Both the position numbers and the translations under genes were made by a program. This document shows positions 50,761 to 64,000 of a stretch of DNA of 64,000 bases, one piece after another. The notes below the pieces were generated by a model. The model searched no databases. It had not been told where the DNA came from and saw only the letters and a list, made by a program, of their open reading frames with translations. Within the stretch, counting starts at the first letter, position 1. Each line of letters begins with the position of its first letter. This stretch comes from Camelus ferus. Lineage: Eukaryota. Location: NCBI RefSeq assembly GCF_009834535.1, contig NC_045697.1, positions 9,302,001 through 9,366,000 on the forward strand, in the 5' to 3' direction.

Positions 50761-51644
50761 AAAAATTCCAAACCATAACAAAACAAAAATAACATTTTCT
50801 TGCTACTTTCCTATAAAGCCAGAAATACATTATTTGGTTAAGTCAGTGTTTCAGTCTTCTCTGTGTAAAGATAGTATTTCTCGAGCCGGTTAGAGATCTA
50901 GTCCATTAGTTCCTTAGAGACTAGGGCTTCATAGGACTGAGTGCTTCATGTGGGACCATTAAGATGCTTACTGGATTACTTTTTGAACATGATTTTTTTC
51001 TTTCCAGGGCAGAAGCCCTGTAAACAGAACCTTACTCTGTGTACCAATTGAGATATCTACCTTTCTTACAAATTAGATTTGTTTCTGTTTACCAGGTCTT
51101 ACTTCTGAGAATAAATTATTGGAATAATTATTCTATCCCTGGCCCCAATACTATTGTCATTCTGTATTACAATTGGCAATCTGAAGAACTGAGGTCTTTT
51201 CTGCTTTTAACATTATGGAAGGACTCGGGAAAGACACTTTTGGTTGACGGTGACAAATAACAAGGCTGAATTTTTTTAAAATAACATTTTTAGCTTACAA
51301 ATAGTTGAAGAGTAGATGTGACCTCAAGTGTAATTGGATAAAGGGACTTAACAAATGTAATTCTGGATGTGTAACTAATGGAATGCTCTCTATTTCTTAG
51401 CTTTATTTCTTTTTGAGGTTGCAAGATGGTTGACAGGAGCATGTAGAGCTATGTGCTTCTAGGTTCAACCCCAGTGAGAAATGGTAAAACTTTTCTCAGT
51501 TTTGTGAAGATCCTGAAATTAATTCTCTTTGGATGACGTACATCATGTTCTAAGAAAGGCACTCTACTCGGCATATCAGCCCACATTCTTATCCTTTCAT
51601 CTTTGCCTTCCTCTACTATTTAGGCTAGAAAAAAATTCTTAATT

Positions 51645-52060
51645 TCCTGCATGTGTTGGATGTATAAATCTTGGACTCAGCATCCATTCTCACCTCCTTC
51701 TATTATGTCTTTTTTTTATTCCATAGACTGAAAAGTAAAAGTTACGTTTCCAAGATTTCCTCTTAGCTAGGATTCTAAATGCAAATTAGAGCTTTACCAA
51801 TCAGATATACACACCTAGCATTTGGAAAGCAGAAGTAAGTTGAAGACTATTTCCATGCTGCTGTAGGCTTTCTGGAGACATTTCCCACCCCGTCCCTACT
51901 CCACAACATGCATGGTTTCAGCATCCTGCTTTGGAGTTGTCAAGAAAACTTTGCAAGAGGCAGTGGCCAGACTCCACAATCTGATGTCCATGATCAACCT
52001 GCTGTATGTAAGAAAGCAGTTGTAATGATGGTCATGGTGATGACTGACCCTGGATTTCTG
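51645..52060. mobile_element. LTR33-like ERVL LTR
   Basis: TCAGCATCCATTC...TTTCCAAGATTTCCTCTTAGCTAGGATTC...CCAATCAGAT...TTTGGAAAGCAGAAGT. Confidence 0.55.
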
Positions 52061-52219
52061 ACCCCTGCTTTGTGACTTAGGGTGATCTGTGCTTTAATTT
52101 ATGGTTCCAGTGAACACATGCAAGTCCCACATGGGCCAATATATTATCTGTACAGACACAGGTAACAGCAAACAAGTAAACCAAAAATGACCATACAAAG
52201 GACTGGCAGTGTTTCCTCA

Positions 52220-52410
52220 TATAGCGTAGTGATGAAGTACACAGGCTCAGTGACAAATCCCAGGTCCACCATTCAGCTGTATACATGTGGTCAAGTGACT
52301 AAAAATTTACACATTTTTGTTTCCTTCTCTGAAAAATGAGCATCATATTATAAATGTTGGTAAGTTAAGAAAAGATTATATAAAACAATGTACGCAGTAT
52401 ATCATCCTGT
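52220..52410 (+). mobile_element. MIR
   Basis: TATAGCGTAGTGATGAAG...GTTTCCTTCTCTGAAAAATGAG. Confidence 0.55.
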
Positions 52411-53945
52411 CCATCAACTGAAAAAAAAAACTCACTTGTATTCTCTTTCCCAGCTGCCTCCATGCTTTCTACCTACTACCTGGGGCTGGGTGACACTGGG
52501 CACTGCTCTCAACTGCAAGGCAGAGCTTCTCTTTGCTCTTTCAGTTCTCTGCCCCGTGCTTGTTGGTCTCTTTGTCCCATCTTGCTGCCTTCTCAGGTGT
52601 AGTCTCATTTGGACAGCACTTTTCCTGCAAACACTTCATGAAATTCAAAATGCCGTTCTTTTAAGTGACGTTTTTAGGACTATGATCACCAGGTGTTCAG
52701 TCCATAATTTGGACACTCCTGTAATTTGAAACAGTCTCCTGCCCTTCAGAGAATGGTGTGTTATTTTCAGAGCAGGCTACTTGCAGGGGGAGAAACCTGC
52801 TTATGCCCACAGTTTAAGAGCATTCTGGCTTGCTGTTTTTGAGAATAATTCTTCCCTGATCAGTTCATCTCCAGCCCTTAGCTTTGGGTGAAGCAATCAC
52901 ATTCTATTGTCTTTAACCACTTAGAAGTTTCTTGCTTTCTCAATTTATTTGAACCTGTTTAAATAACAGTAAAAAGGAAACATCCTTTGTATAAATTTAA
53001 TTCCAGTTACTCTGACTCCTTTGCCATCTTCTGGTTATAATTTTAAAGTCTTTTTTTGTTAAAGCTGGTATGTTTCAAAAGTGATAATTTGCTTGACAGC
53101 TGGAGAACCTGGGGTCATTAAAGGGAGAATTCACATTATTATTAATGCAACCTAGCTATTCTCTGTGTTTTTAGAACACTAGCAGTGTTCTTTGATGTTT
53201 TGCAGCACCCTTTCCTTACTGCATGGCTGAAGATTCAATTTATTTATTTGTTATTCAATAAATAGTTACTGAGCTTCTGCTATCTTCCAGGCCCCATGCT
53301 AAGTCTTAGGGCCAAAATCTGAATAAGACATGGTCTCACCTTTCCTCTGTTTTTTTGTAACCAGGTAAGATGCAAGGAAACAGAAGGAAAAGAATGAAAG
53401 GGAAAAGAAGTTATGCAATTGTAAGGAGAGGAAAAGAAACTAGATGGTGAATGAACAAGAAATGATTTGGGGAGGGTAGAGCAGAAAAAAATTGAAAGGA
53501 AACAGATGAGAAAAAAATTGAGTAAAAAGCGTTGGTAGAAAGGAGATATAAAAATAATAAAATGTGGTAGCACTGAAATTTATATACTGCTTCTCTCATA
53601 TGCATGCCTGTAATTTTCTGTATTTTCTATAACTCAGGTAACTTGGTAATAAGCCCGCCAGTTCCACTGATGTCAGCAAAAAATTTTAATCTTATCATTT
53701 TAAGGTTATCTGTCTCTTCTAGTTTAAATCATAGACTCTCTTAATTCTGTCTATTCATGACTTTTTCTACTTTTATCCTCTTCTTTCCCTTCTCCCAGAG
53801 TGTTATCTGGGCCCAGTAGGAAGCTTACATAGCAACATGTATGCAGGTCTCTGATCTGAATCTTTGTTTCTGGGCATGTGCTGGTTTTGTTGATGATATA
53901 AGTGGTCTCTCATGTCATAGTAATTGCCTCGAGCCTGAAGTCCTC

Positions 53946-54342
53946 TGTGGTAGACAGAAAAATGGCTCCCCAGAGATGTCCACCTCCTAATCTCCAGAAC
54001 CTGGGACTGTGTTACCTTATATGACAAAAAGTATTTAAGGTTGCAGATGGAATTCAGCCTGCTAATTAGTTGACCTTGAGATGGAGATTATCTTGAATGA
54101 TTTGAGTGGGCCTCGTATGATCACAAAGGACCTTACAATGTAAGAAGGAGGCAGAAGAGGAGAGTCTGGAGGAGATATGATTGTGGAATATGGTAAAAGT
54201 GATGCCATGGCGCTGGCTTTGAAGACAGAAGAAGGGGAACACTAAACAAAGAACACAAGAGGCCTGTAGAAGCTGAAAAGGGCAAGAAAATGGATTTTCC
54301 CTTAGAGCAAGAAATGTGGTTCTGTTGACATCTCAGAATTTA
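53946..54342 (+). mobile_element. MLT1D-like MaLR LTR, 3'-truncated
   Basis: TGTGGTAGACAGAAAAATGGCTCCCCAGAGATGTCCACCTCCTAATCTCCAGAACCTG...GCTGGCTTTGAAGA...GAAGCTGAAAAGGGCAAGAAAATGGATTTTCCCTTAGAGC. Confidence 0.9.
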
Positions 54343-55860
54343 GTAGTGGTGGGTCCACCTCACGGAGTCCAGCAGCATCTTCCCTCTGGCTGTGTGCCCT
54401 CTGACATTTTCCAAACATGCCCACCAAGTGGAAATGCACTGTTACGCTTCTGTGTAAAGGGAGCTTATCTTAGACTGTATCTTCCCTCCTTCCCATTCTA
54501 TGGCTTATGTTAAGACTCTGGTCTTTATTAGCCAGTCCTGGTCCCATAAATTTAAAATAAAGCTTTTGAATTTTAGTAAACTGTTGTCTCTCAGAAGAGT
54601 ATGACTCTTCCAAGCAAAAGCCCTTGTCTGCACAGTTTTGGTTCTTGAATGATTTTCAAAAGCCTATTTCTAAAAGCAAAACAGTACATAATTTTCCCTT
54701 CTTCTAATCTTAGTTTTCTGTTTTCCCTGAAATAATAACCACCAGTTTCAATGGATGAGGAACAGTCAGACTCATTAAGTCTAAAAATCACATTTAATCA
54801 TATTTAAAACTATTACTATGTATAAAAGAATAGAAGAAAAAGAGGGAGAGCAATGAGGAGAAGCAAAAAGAAGCACAAAACTGAAGGAAATAAAGGCAAA
54901 AAGAGAAGGAAAATGGAGATGAGGAAACCACCCTAAGGCTTACTTGGGAAAAATAAAGAAATAGAATGATTTTTCTAAAGTTTCTTTGCAGAACAGTTCA
55001 ACTGAACTCTGAAAGTGATGGGGCTCTACCCACACCTAAGATATCTCTGTTTCCCTGCAACAGGCTCTCCGTCACCTTTAAGATTTCCCACTCTCTTGTC
55101 CTCTTTGCTTTTTCATGGAGCTACTTGTCCCTCAAGACTCATTCTCTCCTCCTGTTGCCAGAGATGACCTTTCCATCTCTCTCAGTCAGGTGAGCGGGTG
55201 ACCCAGGCAGCCCACCTGTACGTCTCACAATGTTAGTTCTTATCACATGGTTCTATAATGTTCCACTAGCAGTTAATTTACTTGCCTTCCTTGTGACTCA
55301 GGTTTTCCACCCACAAAATGGGATTATGTTAAAGGTAAAATTTAATGTTTATAAACAGCCCTGCAGTAACTGATGCAATTGCACTGATCTTCACTTCTCA
55401 CGTTGGAACCCAACATGCATAAGCATTCCATACAATAGCAAGTTTCACAGCACCTTCCTTCCTGGCCACAAAACTTGGGCTCCACACTCTCAACTGTGCT
55501 GCTGTTCTCTCCTTACAATCACTCTGGGAAAAGAATAAAACAAACAAACAAACAAAATAAAATAAAAGCCAAAAAACAGCTGCTAAGCTGTCTTGGGTTA
55601 ATAGGGAAAAATGATTAACTGAACCCTCCAGTTTCTTCTGCCAGAGAATTGCACAATACCATTCTCCTTCCCTTTTTTCCTTATGCAGTTCAACTGAAGT
55701 AATTTCTCATATAGTTTTACCAAGCATGTGCATGACACATATGCTCGGTACACATACATTCTTTCTCTCTCCCCCTCTGGCTCCCTGTCCCAGTGTCTGT
55801 TCTCTTTCTCTTTGCACTGCTCCTTCCTGCTCCTGCACAAACACACTCACATATTCTCAC

Positions 55861-56130
55861 CTATGTGAACTGACTCTCAAACACTCTGTTATTGGCCACC
55901 CTTTTCCTTTCTTTGTCTTGGTGAAGTACATAAGGAAATTTACACGTTTCTCTTCTTGCCTGTCTTCTAAAGGCTTGTCTCTCCTTTTCCTTTTTCTCTT
56001 TCTGTATTTCCTTTTCCTCCAGCCCTGCTTCGTGACAGAGTTGCTGTGAGTGTGCCTCACATGTGGTCACGGTGTGTTGTCCATGCACGTGGTGGGAAAC
56101 AGACCTTTCCCGACCTGCGGCTACGTAGTC
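55861..56130 (-). other. Candidate upstream first exon of a minus-strand transcript
   Basis: Minus-strand donor ATAG|GTGAGA (exon ends 55861) with a second GTGAGT 10 nt further on; purine-rich body; CpG, E-box and RBPJ-type motifs at 56030-56130. Confidence 0.35.
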
Positions 56131-57524
56131 TGGAATTTTTCCTAGGGATTGAGAAGATTTTATAGATGAAACTTAAACAAAGAAATTGATCAAATTTGAA
56201 ATATGTAAGATCATTTTTGTCAGCTGGCAGGGTCATGAACTAGAATGGGGATGCGTTGGGAGTCAGGAAGACCAAACCTGAGACAAAATGAAAATGAAAT
56301 GTCTCAAGTATGGAGGGGGGCTGTGGAGAGGTGAGGCTGGTTTGGTGACTGAGGCAGTGGATACAGTAAAGATAATCGTCTCTGCTCCACCATGGTGGCA
56401 AAGTCAGACCAAATAGGTGTGTGAGCACAGGCAGCATATAATTTTAAGTACGAGAAGCTCTCTGTAAGTGTTAAGTGTTGCTGGGACTTAAGTGTGTTGC
56501 TTCCTAGGATAATAGCCTGCAAAGCTGAAAATTAGCTGCATATATTTGATAAACTTGTAAATGGAAAAGAACAATGATGGATTGTGGGCTCAGATTTTCA
56601 GTCTGGCTGTGAAGAGTTTCATTTTCTTCCCTTACATCTGACCAAAACTGTTTGTTATTCTGAAGATGAAACAAACACATCCCTTCAGTGTGTTGGAGAG
56701 AATTTTCTCCCTGAGAATTCCAGAATATTCTTAAGATGAAGTTTCTCAAGATCAACTACATATGCACAATAACCTTATGAGGTAGAAGAGTTTGGAAGCA
56801 GGAAAAGTAAAGGCCATGTTATTTAAGAATCATGGAGACAATGGTTGGCATGAAAATTACCATCAAACTAACAGGTGAACACCTTTTAACTCCAAATGCT
56901 GAGCCATGGAGATGTTTTAATAAGAAGACAGGAAACAGATATTTTTGAGGTCCTGAATAATAAGGTAGAAACTTCCCAGCAACATTCTGCCTGAGTGATA
57001 CTTGGGTCTGCACACAATAAGAAAAGGATTTAGTGTCACACCCATCATCCAGGATAGAAAACAGTGGAAGAGATTTAGATTAGGAAATGTCTACCTCCCA
57101 AAGCTCCCTATTTTGTACAGGTTTATGGAGCAAAAATGACAAATACAAATGAAACAATAGATACCGACATGTTCGTACAATAAAGTTAGTAAGACTATAC
57201 TTCAAGTGAGAAATCTGTGAAGCGGCAGGCAGGGACACCAAGATCTCTGATTACAGCATGACTTAGAACCCGTCTGAGGAAAGGCAAGAAAGTCTCAGGC
57301 CAGATGGTTCCTCCCGAGACTCCTAGCTGATGTCTCCAATGCCTGGGTGAAGAAGGGTTGGAAGTTGAAAAGAACTCCCTGACTATAGTCACTCATATGC
57401 AGTATTAATATATTAATTTGAGACACATGCATTAAGGGAACTGTGATTTTCATACTTACACATCATTAATATTGTTTTAAATGTATTTGGGTGTAAGTGG
57501 AATGTCAGAACTTGCATGTTGAAA

Positions 57525-57742
57525 GTACTGGGATGCAGCCTGCTCTGGCAAGAGATCTGGCAAGAGATTGTGTACATTTCTTCTCAACTCCATGCTAGAG
57601 GGACTTAAATTGGTAGCTTGAAATTGGCCATAGTGGAAGTATTTCACCATCAAAATCTATGAGTTCTACAAATCAAGACTTTTTCTTTTCTTTTCTTTTT
57701 TTCCCTGAGTGCCAGTGGTTAAGCATTTACCAGGGCACCAAT
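57525..57742. mobile_element. MER63A-like hAT MITE
   Basis: TTGGTAGCTTGAAATTGGCCATAGTGGAAGTATTT...CTACAAATCAAG...AAGCATTTACCAG. Confidence 0.7.
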
Positions 57743-58235
57743 GCATACTGATGTTTCTTGGCATAACAATCTCTCTAAGTCCCTTTAACATAGAACAAAT
57801 CCTGTTTTCATGCGTGATTATTGAATAAATAGTCATGGAGGAGGAGAAGAGATTTAGAATAACAAAGAGAGATTCTTCAAGACAATGTTTTCAGGAGAAA
57901 AACCCATGTTTTGAAGAATGCATGAGAGAAGGTATAGCTGAAAATGGGAGATAAGAAAGATTTTCTAGGGAGAAAAAAGGCTAGGCTCAGACAAGAGAAG
58001 GGCATAAGGAGTTAGAAGAATTATAAAAAAGTTGAAAATGACTTGAAAACAGAATGCATGTGGACAGTATTAAGAGAAGACAAAGGTTTCAGTGACAGAT
58101 CTGAAAGAGCCATCCCAACTCTAGTCAGTCTATTAGACCAGCAAAGATGAGCAGACAGGAGATAAAGAAATGCCTGCTTCACAGTGATGCTCGCAGACAT
58201 GAGCCTGTTTCTGGACAATCTCTTCTTATGTTAAC

Positions 58236-58903
58236 TTTTTTTTTTTAAGTTTTATTTAGGTATAATTGATATATAAGAAATTACACTAATTTATATATAT
58301 GTCTTGGTGAATTTGGACATATTCATACACCCTTGAAACCATCACCACAATCAAGTTTCTAAAACCGTCCGTCACCTCCAAAAATGTCCTTGCATTCTTT
58401 CGTGTTGTATGTTTGTTAAAAACATTTAATGAGATCTGTTTTCTTAATATATCTTCAGGTGCACAATACTGTATTAACTATAAGTGCTTTGTTGTATAAC
58501 AGACCTTTAGAAATGATTCATCTTGCATATATGAAACTTTATTCTCATTAAGTAACAATTCTCCACATCCTAGCAACCACCATTCTATTTCCCATTTCCA
58601 TGCACTTGACTATCTTAGATACCTCATACAAGTGGAATCATGCAGTATTTGTCCTTCTGTGACTAACTTATTTCATTTAGCATAATGTCCTCTAGTTTTA
58701 GTCACGTTGTCACAAATTACAAGATTTCCTCCTTTTTAAAGGATGAAAAATATTACATTGCATGCAAATACCACATTTTCTTTATTCAGTCATCCATCAA
58801 TGGACACTTAAATTGTTTTCATGTCTTAGCTATTGTAAATAATGCTGCAATGAACATGGGGTGCAGATAACTCTAGTTTATCCTGATTTCAATTCTTTTG
58901 AAG
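58236..58903 (-). mobile_element. L1MA9/L1MB-like 3' end
   Basis: poly-T, AAACCATCACCACAATCAAG, GATACCTCATACAAGTGGAATCATGCAGTATTTGTCCTTCTG, CATCCATCAATGGACACTTA, AATGCTGCAATGAACATGGG. Confidence 0.9.
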
Positions 58904-59789
58904 AAACATTTTTTTGAGGGGGAAAAATACATAAAGACAAAGTTTGGAAGTATTCTGTTTCAGGTTTAGTAACAAAGTAATTTAATGTTGCTCAGAACCT
59001 TATGAGGTGTGAAGACCCAGTGAACAATTTTCCTTATTTTCTAGGTTTTCAGATGACCTACTCTGAGGATCATGTCCAGAAACTTCACAGTTAACTTGCA
59101 CCAGTGTGTGCTAATGATTATTTCTGTTGCTGTGATGTGATGATGATGGTGATTATGATGATGCTATTTAACTTCATCTTTGGATAATGATGTTTTATCA
59201 GTTAACATATTTTTGGCATTTGGCAAGGGTTTTTAAAAAACATATTTTCAATATACACAATTTATAAGATCACAGGAGATAATGTGCTTTCAATTTATTT
59301 CAACTGATGTTTGATATTTGACACTAAGCCATTAGCTTCTCCCAGAAGAAGTACTTCAATTTGATGAATAGCTTATGATTTTTAACTAGGTCATCTCTGT
59401 CATTGGGCCCAGGTGAAGTTTTATGGGAGGGGATGGCACAGAGGGTCACAATAAAATCTAACAAGTGTCACCTGATAATTAAACAGATTAATCACTTTGA
59501 CCACCAAAGCAGTTGACCACTGTGACTACACAGCATTAAGACTTAGCAATTCATGATTAAAAGTCAGGAGGGTCATACAACTCAGTGTCTGTGAATGTCC
59601 CAAAGAAGACTCACTTAGCTCTGACTATGGACCTCGCCCCTGGATTCTGGAGTACAGTCGTGCATCACCTGCTCTTCATGTACTGCAGGAAGCAGCCACT
59701 GGAAAGGAGATGTAAATCTCCAATGGTTCCAAAGAAACCATCTGAAAGATGAACATCTTGTGATGTCAACCTCCAGCTCTAGGGTCTGC

Positions 59790-60410
59790 TATTTACTGCC
59801 CACTCACTGGCCTCCTTCTTCCTGCTTTTGGCTACCTCCAATCCATTCTCCACATAGGGACCCTAGGGGTCTTCTAACAACCTGACTGGGTCTTGTTATT
59901 CATTTGCTTGAAGCCATATGATGAACTTCCAATGTGCTTTAAAGTAAATCCAAATCCTTCGAGCTGGCCTTCAAGACTCAGCATGATCTGTCTCTGTTCA
60001 TCTCTGCAGACTCATCGCAAACTTCCTCACCCTTATCTCTGTCCTCTAGACATCGATCATTCTTCCAGAGCTTCAGACACAACCCTCTTTCTACCTTCAA
60101 AACTCACAGCCTTTGTTCTCGCTGCTTCCTAATCCTGCTTGTTTCTATGACTATCTCTTGCTCAGCCTTCAGATCTCAGCTTAAATGTCATCCCCTCAGT
60201 GAGCCTTAGTTGACTGTCCCCCTGGATATTCTTCATTCCTGCTTCACTGCTTTACACACAGTATTCACATTTTAAAAAGACTTTTTAATTATCTGTTTGT
60301 TTAGCATCTGCTTATAACAGCTCTATGAGGAAGGGACTGGGTCTGCAAGCAAAGCCACCCTACACCCAAGGACTTTAAATGACTGGTACTTATTAGGCAA
60401 TCCACAAATT
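59790..60410 (+). mobile_element. L2 fragment
   Basis: CTCCAATCCATTCTCCACA...AAATCCAAATCCTT...CCTTCAGATCTCAGCTTAAATGTCATCCCCTCAG. Confidence 0.8.
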
Positions 60411-60429
60411 AAAAAGTCTTAGTCCTGGT

Positions 60430-60680
60430 ACTACAGTTAGCATGCATTGGACATTTACAATGGGCCAGGTTCTGAGCTTAGCACTGTGTATGAATATTCT
60501 CATTTATTCCCCACACCAAGCCTATGATGACTGCTAATATTACTCCCATTTATTGATGAGGAGACAGAGGCAAAGAGTATATATCTGTATAATCTGAGGC
60601 CACAGAGCTAGTGATTGCAGAGCAGGATTCAAACTCAGGCACAATTTAGGATTTTAAGCTTTACCTTGGGATTGAACAAG
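60430..60680 (-). mobile_element. MIR
   Basis: TCTCATTTATTCCCCACA...CCCATTTTATTGATGAGGAGACAGAGGC...CACAGAGCTAGTG...GCAGGATTCAAACTCAGG. Confidence 0.85.
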
Positions 60681-60944
60681 TGGATGCAATGTTCTCCACC
60701 ATCTCTGATTGGCTGACTCCTTGTGGGTCTCTGAGACTTTGCTCAAGCATCAATCACCCAGTGAGACTTCCTACTTTCAGTCTGAAGTGGTGTCTCTGCT
60801 GTGATCATTATCACCCTGAATCCACTGCAAACTGAGCCTGTGTCTCTCTGTTTTGATATTGAATATATGTCTCCCCTACAATATCTGGAATTCCTCATTG
60901 GTGGAGACCATGCACATATTATTCTTTTTCCTCTATTTATTCTC

Positions 60945-61390
60945 AATACAATAAATAAATATTAAGCACATACTCTATCTCAATTTTATTTTAGAGACTA
61001 GGAATAGATGACGAATAAGACAGATAAATTCCCTATCTAATAGAGCTTATAATTCATGGGAAAGGGAGGCAGACATTAATATGTAAATCATTTAACAAAT
61101 AAAATAATTTTAGGTAGTAATAAGTTTTATGAAAACAAAAAAATACAATGAAATAGGATAAAGAGGGTTTAGGAGGAAAGGGTGTTACAGTTGACAGGGT
61201 GGTCAAGGAGGGCTTCTCTGAGGAAGTGACGTTTGAGCCAAGATCCAAGGATGAGAAGATCTAGAAGAAAAGTTTTCTCACAAGAGGATGCAGTGGGTGT
61301 TCCATGTGCAGGACACAGTATAGAAGTCCTAAGCTGAGAATGAGCCAGGCCTGTGCCAAGAGCAGAAAAGAGGTGGACTGGACCCAGGCT
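60945..61390 (-). mobile_element. L2 3' fragment
   Basis: AATAAATATTAAGCAC...AGGGTGGTCAAGGAGGGCTTCTCTGAGGAAGTGACGTTTGAGC; probably continues at 62520-62720. Confidence 0.75.
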
Positions 61391-61426
61391 ATGAGATACA
61401 ATGGATCAGCCTCACTTGTCCCGAGG

Positions 61427-61894
61427 TATGATGGTTAATTGTATGCCACAGTATGCCCAGAAATCTGATTAAACGTTATGTTTAGGTGTGTCTGTGAGGA
61501 AGTTTCCAGAAGATTAGCATGTGACTCGGTGGATTTTAAGTTAAGCAGATTGCCCTCCTGGTGTGGATGGGCTTCACATACTCCACTGAGGGCCTGAATA
61601 GAACAAAAAGGGGAGGAAGGTTGAATTTGCACTCTGTCTGACTGCTTCAGCTGGGATCTCTATCTTCTCCTGCCCTGGACACTCATGGTTCTCAGGGCTT
61701 CAGTCCCAGACTAAGAACTATACCATCAGCTCTCTGGCTCATAGGCCTTTAAACTGCACCACCAGCCTTCCGGGTCTCCAGCTTGCAGATGGCAGGTTGT
61801 GGAACTTCTCAGCCTTCATAATAGTGTGAGCCAATCCCTTACATTAAATATTTTCCTACTGCTTCTGTTTCTTTGGAGAACTCCAGTTCATGTA
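61427..61894 (+). mobile_element. MLT2 (ERVL) solo LTR
   Basis: TATGATGGTTAATT...AAGCAGATTGCCCTC...GAGGGCCTGAATAGAACAAAAAG...CCAGCTTGCAGATGGCAG...GTGAGCCAAT; decayed TSD CGAGG/CCAGG. Confidence 0.88.
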
Positions 61895-64000
61895 CCAGGC
61901 CTCTGCTGCAGGATTGCTTCCCAGCCCCCATGATGATTCCTTTGCTCCTCAGAGTCGCAAAGCCCTGGCTGGGATTATAAACCACTACAAGCATGCTTGC
62001 TTTCTTATCACCACCAGTTATTGAGCCGCTGAGTTGAGATCTCCTCTGAGCCAGCCGAGACAGAACTGGAGCAGCTCCAGCATCCAGGTCTGCCATCAGC
62101 TGGGCCCACAGAAACTCAGGTCTTTCCATTAGCTCTCCAGGGCATCTGGGTTACATAGTCCAGAAGTTAACAGAAGTTAGCACTCTTCAGGAAAGACTTT
62201 GACTAATTAGACATGGGGCGGGAAGGAAGCAGAAGATAAATCCTTTACCCTTCCTTCCCTGACAAACTCTAAAATAGGCTGTGCTTTCCCTGTGGTCTTT
62301 ATGAGTTGTCCAAAAGCCTGCGCAAGGAGCGGCCTTTCCTGTGGTGCAGTGGCCAGATTCGCCAGGTACCACCTTGACTTGTTCTCCCTCTTTCTCCACT
62401 TCATGCCCACGTTTTCCTCACTCTTGCTTCCCTGTGATGGCACACTGAAATAAAGCACTACTGCATAAGTTTTTGCCTGGCTCTGTTTTCTAAGGACTGG
62501 AACTAATACAGAAAACCAGTCTTTCAGGAGCATAGTGAGAGAAGGAAGAGGCAGGTGGATAAAACTGAAAAGAAGGATAGATTGGATTCTATAGGGTGTT
62601 ATAGGCCAGGGCAAGGGATTTAGACTATATTCCAACTGCAATCCATGGAAAGGGGTAAAATGATCCTATTTAAATATTTTTTTGAAAAAAAGATCATTTT
62701 GGCTACTTTACGGGTAATAGTCTTTGCTTAGCAGAGTTCATGCTGTGCATTAGGCCCTCAATGCATGCTTGTTAGCTGGTTGCAGGAATGTATGTCTTCT
62801 CTAATGGGTTTTATTCTCCTACTTAGCCTGGGTCAAATCATTTATGGACCCACCCATTAATAAATGTTTGTGGTTCTCAGAGAGCATATACACATTCTTC
62901 TTTCACCCAGGAGCTTTTCCTTTCATTCCATACAAGCCACTCTCTCTTATACCATTCCCCCCAATTCCTTTCCCTCGGGCAACAATTTTTATTGAGTTTG
63001 GGTTAAGAGCCTGCACTGTTAAATTTAAATTAAGAGATGATTTAGTAAGACTTAGCATTCCTGAAATTATTCTGTAGCTGAATTGCAAAAAGGAATGTTC
63101 CTTTTGTCAAGTAATTAAACTCTGAATATTTGGTGGGGAAGTCTCCTGCATTATCTCTGCTCACATGCACTGCAAAGTAGAACTGGGCATGCTGGAAATT
63201 GTCAATCTCAAGGAAGGATATTATTAATCTTCTATGAGATCCAGAGTTCAGCCTTAGGTTGGTGGGGGCTGGTGAAGGGAAATCAGCAAGTAGAAAGCAG
63301 GATGCCAATTGTCCCTTCCCTACAAAGAATGTAGCATTCTTCATATTCTTGGTAAATTCTTTTATAAATACTCAGAGCCGAAGCAGAAAGAATAAACAAT
63401 TTCTTAAATTTTATACTGCTATGTTCCTCAGCCAATTATTCATAAGGCCCTGTATAATTTTAATACATTCCACTCTATCTTTTCTTCCACCTGTCTGAAA
63501 CCCCCCTCTACTCCTCCCTTAATACTGAAAGATGAGGTAGGCCAGACAGAAATGGGCTCACCATTAGACACTTCAGTGCCTGCTAGCCTGGCCCTTAAGC
63601 CAAAGATAATCCAAGCCTGTTCTGAGTGGGAGCCAAGTCAGTAGCTGAAGAGATGAGAAGCAAATCCCAAGACCAAAGGCTTATAAAGAGGAATGTCAAT
63701 ACAAGAAAGATTTGAGACATAAGCTGGGGATGAAATGAATCCAAAGAAGAGTGGGCAGAGACTAATGAGTGAGTTGGCATAAGCACTTCAAACATCTTTG
63801 AGACACCCAGGTCACGCCTCAATCTTAGTCACTGAGTTCATGGTTTGTGCATCTGTTGGGCTCAGTTGACTTGAAGGTTCATGATGTGGAAAGGACTCCT
63901 CCAGTCACTCTTGCATCCTATATCCCAGCTGATGCCAATAAATGCCCTCATGGGGGCACTACTTCTGTCACTCTGTCTTCCTCCTGAAAACTTCCTTCTC

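Noticed and set aside
55857..56088. Lys/Arg/Glu-rich ORFs (67 and 75 aa)
   Set aside because: Non-ATG starts, and the composition reflects a GA-rich low-complexity tract
62207..62641. Longest ORF in the track (144 aa)
   Set aside because: Begins within an L2 relic, non-ATG start, no recognisable domain or supporting splice structure
1..64000. Prokaryotic-type novel system (CRISPR array, defence island, operon)
   Set aside because: The sequence is mammalian repeat-rich DNA; I saw no regularly spaced direct repeats and no dense long ORFs (longest supplied ORF is 144 aa)

Overview
Mammalian genomic DNA, AT-rich and CpG-depleted, reading as intronic or intergenic sequence. There is no prokaryotic gene content, no CRISPR array and no recognisable rRNA or tRNA. 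A large share of the window is decayed eutherian interspersed repeats: L1, L2, MIR, a probable L3/CR1, MaLR/ERVL solo LTRs, and hAT/Tigger MITEs. The youngest L1 3' tails resemble the cetartiodactyl, probably camelid, type, and I saw no Alu, B1, Bov-tA/BovB or PRE1 SINEs. None of the supplied ORFs is a credible full gene; two are L1 ORF2 C-terminal relics. Splice signals and local CpG retention suggest the 5' part of a large minus-strand gene that I cannot name, with candidate exons at about 55861-56130, 18709-18807 and 15650-~16300. The most unusual structures seen directly are three inverted duplications that I could not assign to a transposon: 31 bp perfect at 6716/6908, 33 bp at 45439/45593, and 62 bp near-perfect at 46855/47005. 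The latter two share the same interleaved A-B-A'-B' layout and flank a G-quadruplex motif. There is also a compact CRX/NRL/RAX-type motif module at 17854-18403. Repeat subfamily names are from recalled consensus sequences and their boundaries are approximate. I found no convincing evidence of a new multi-gene system.
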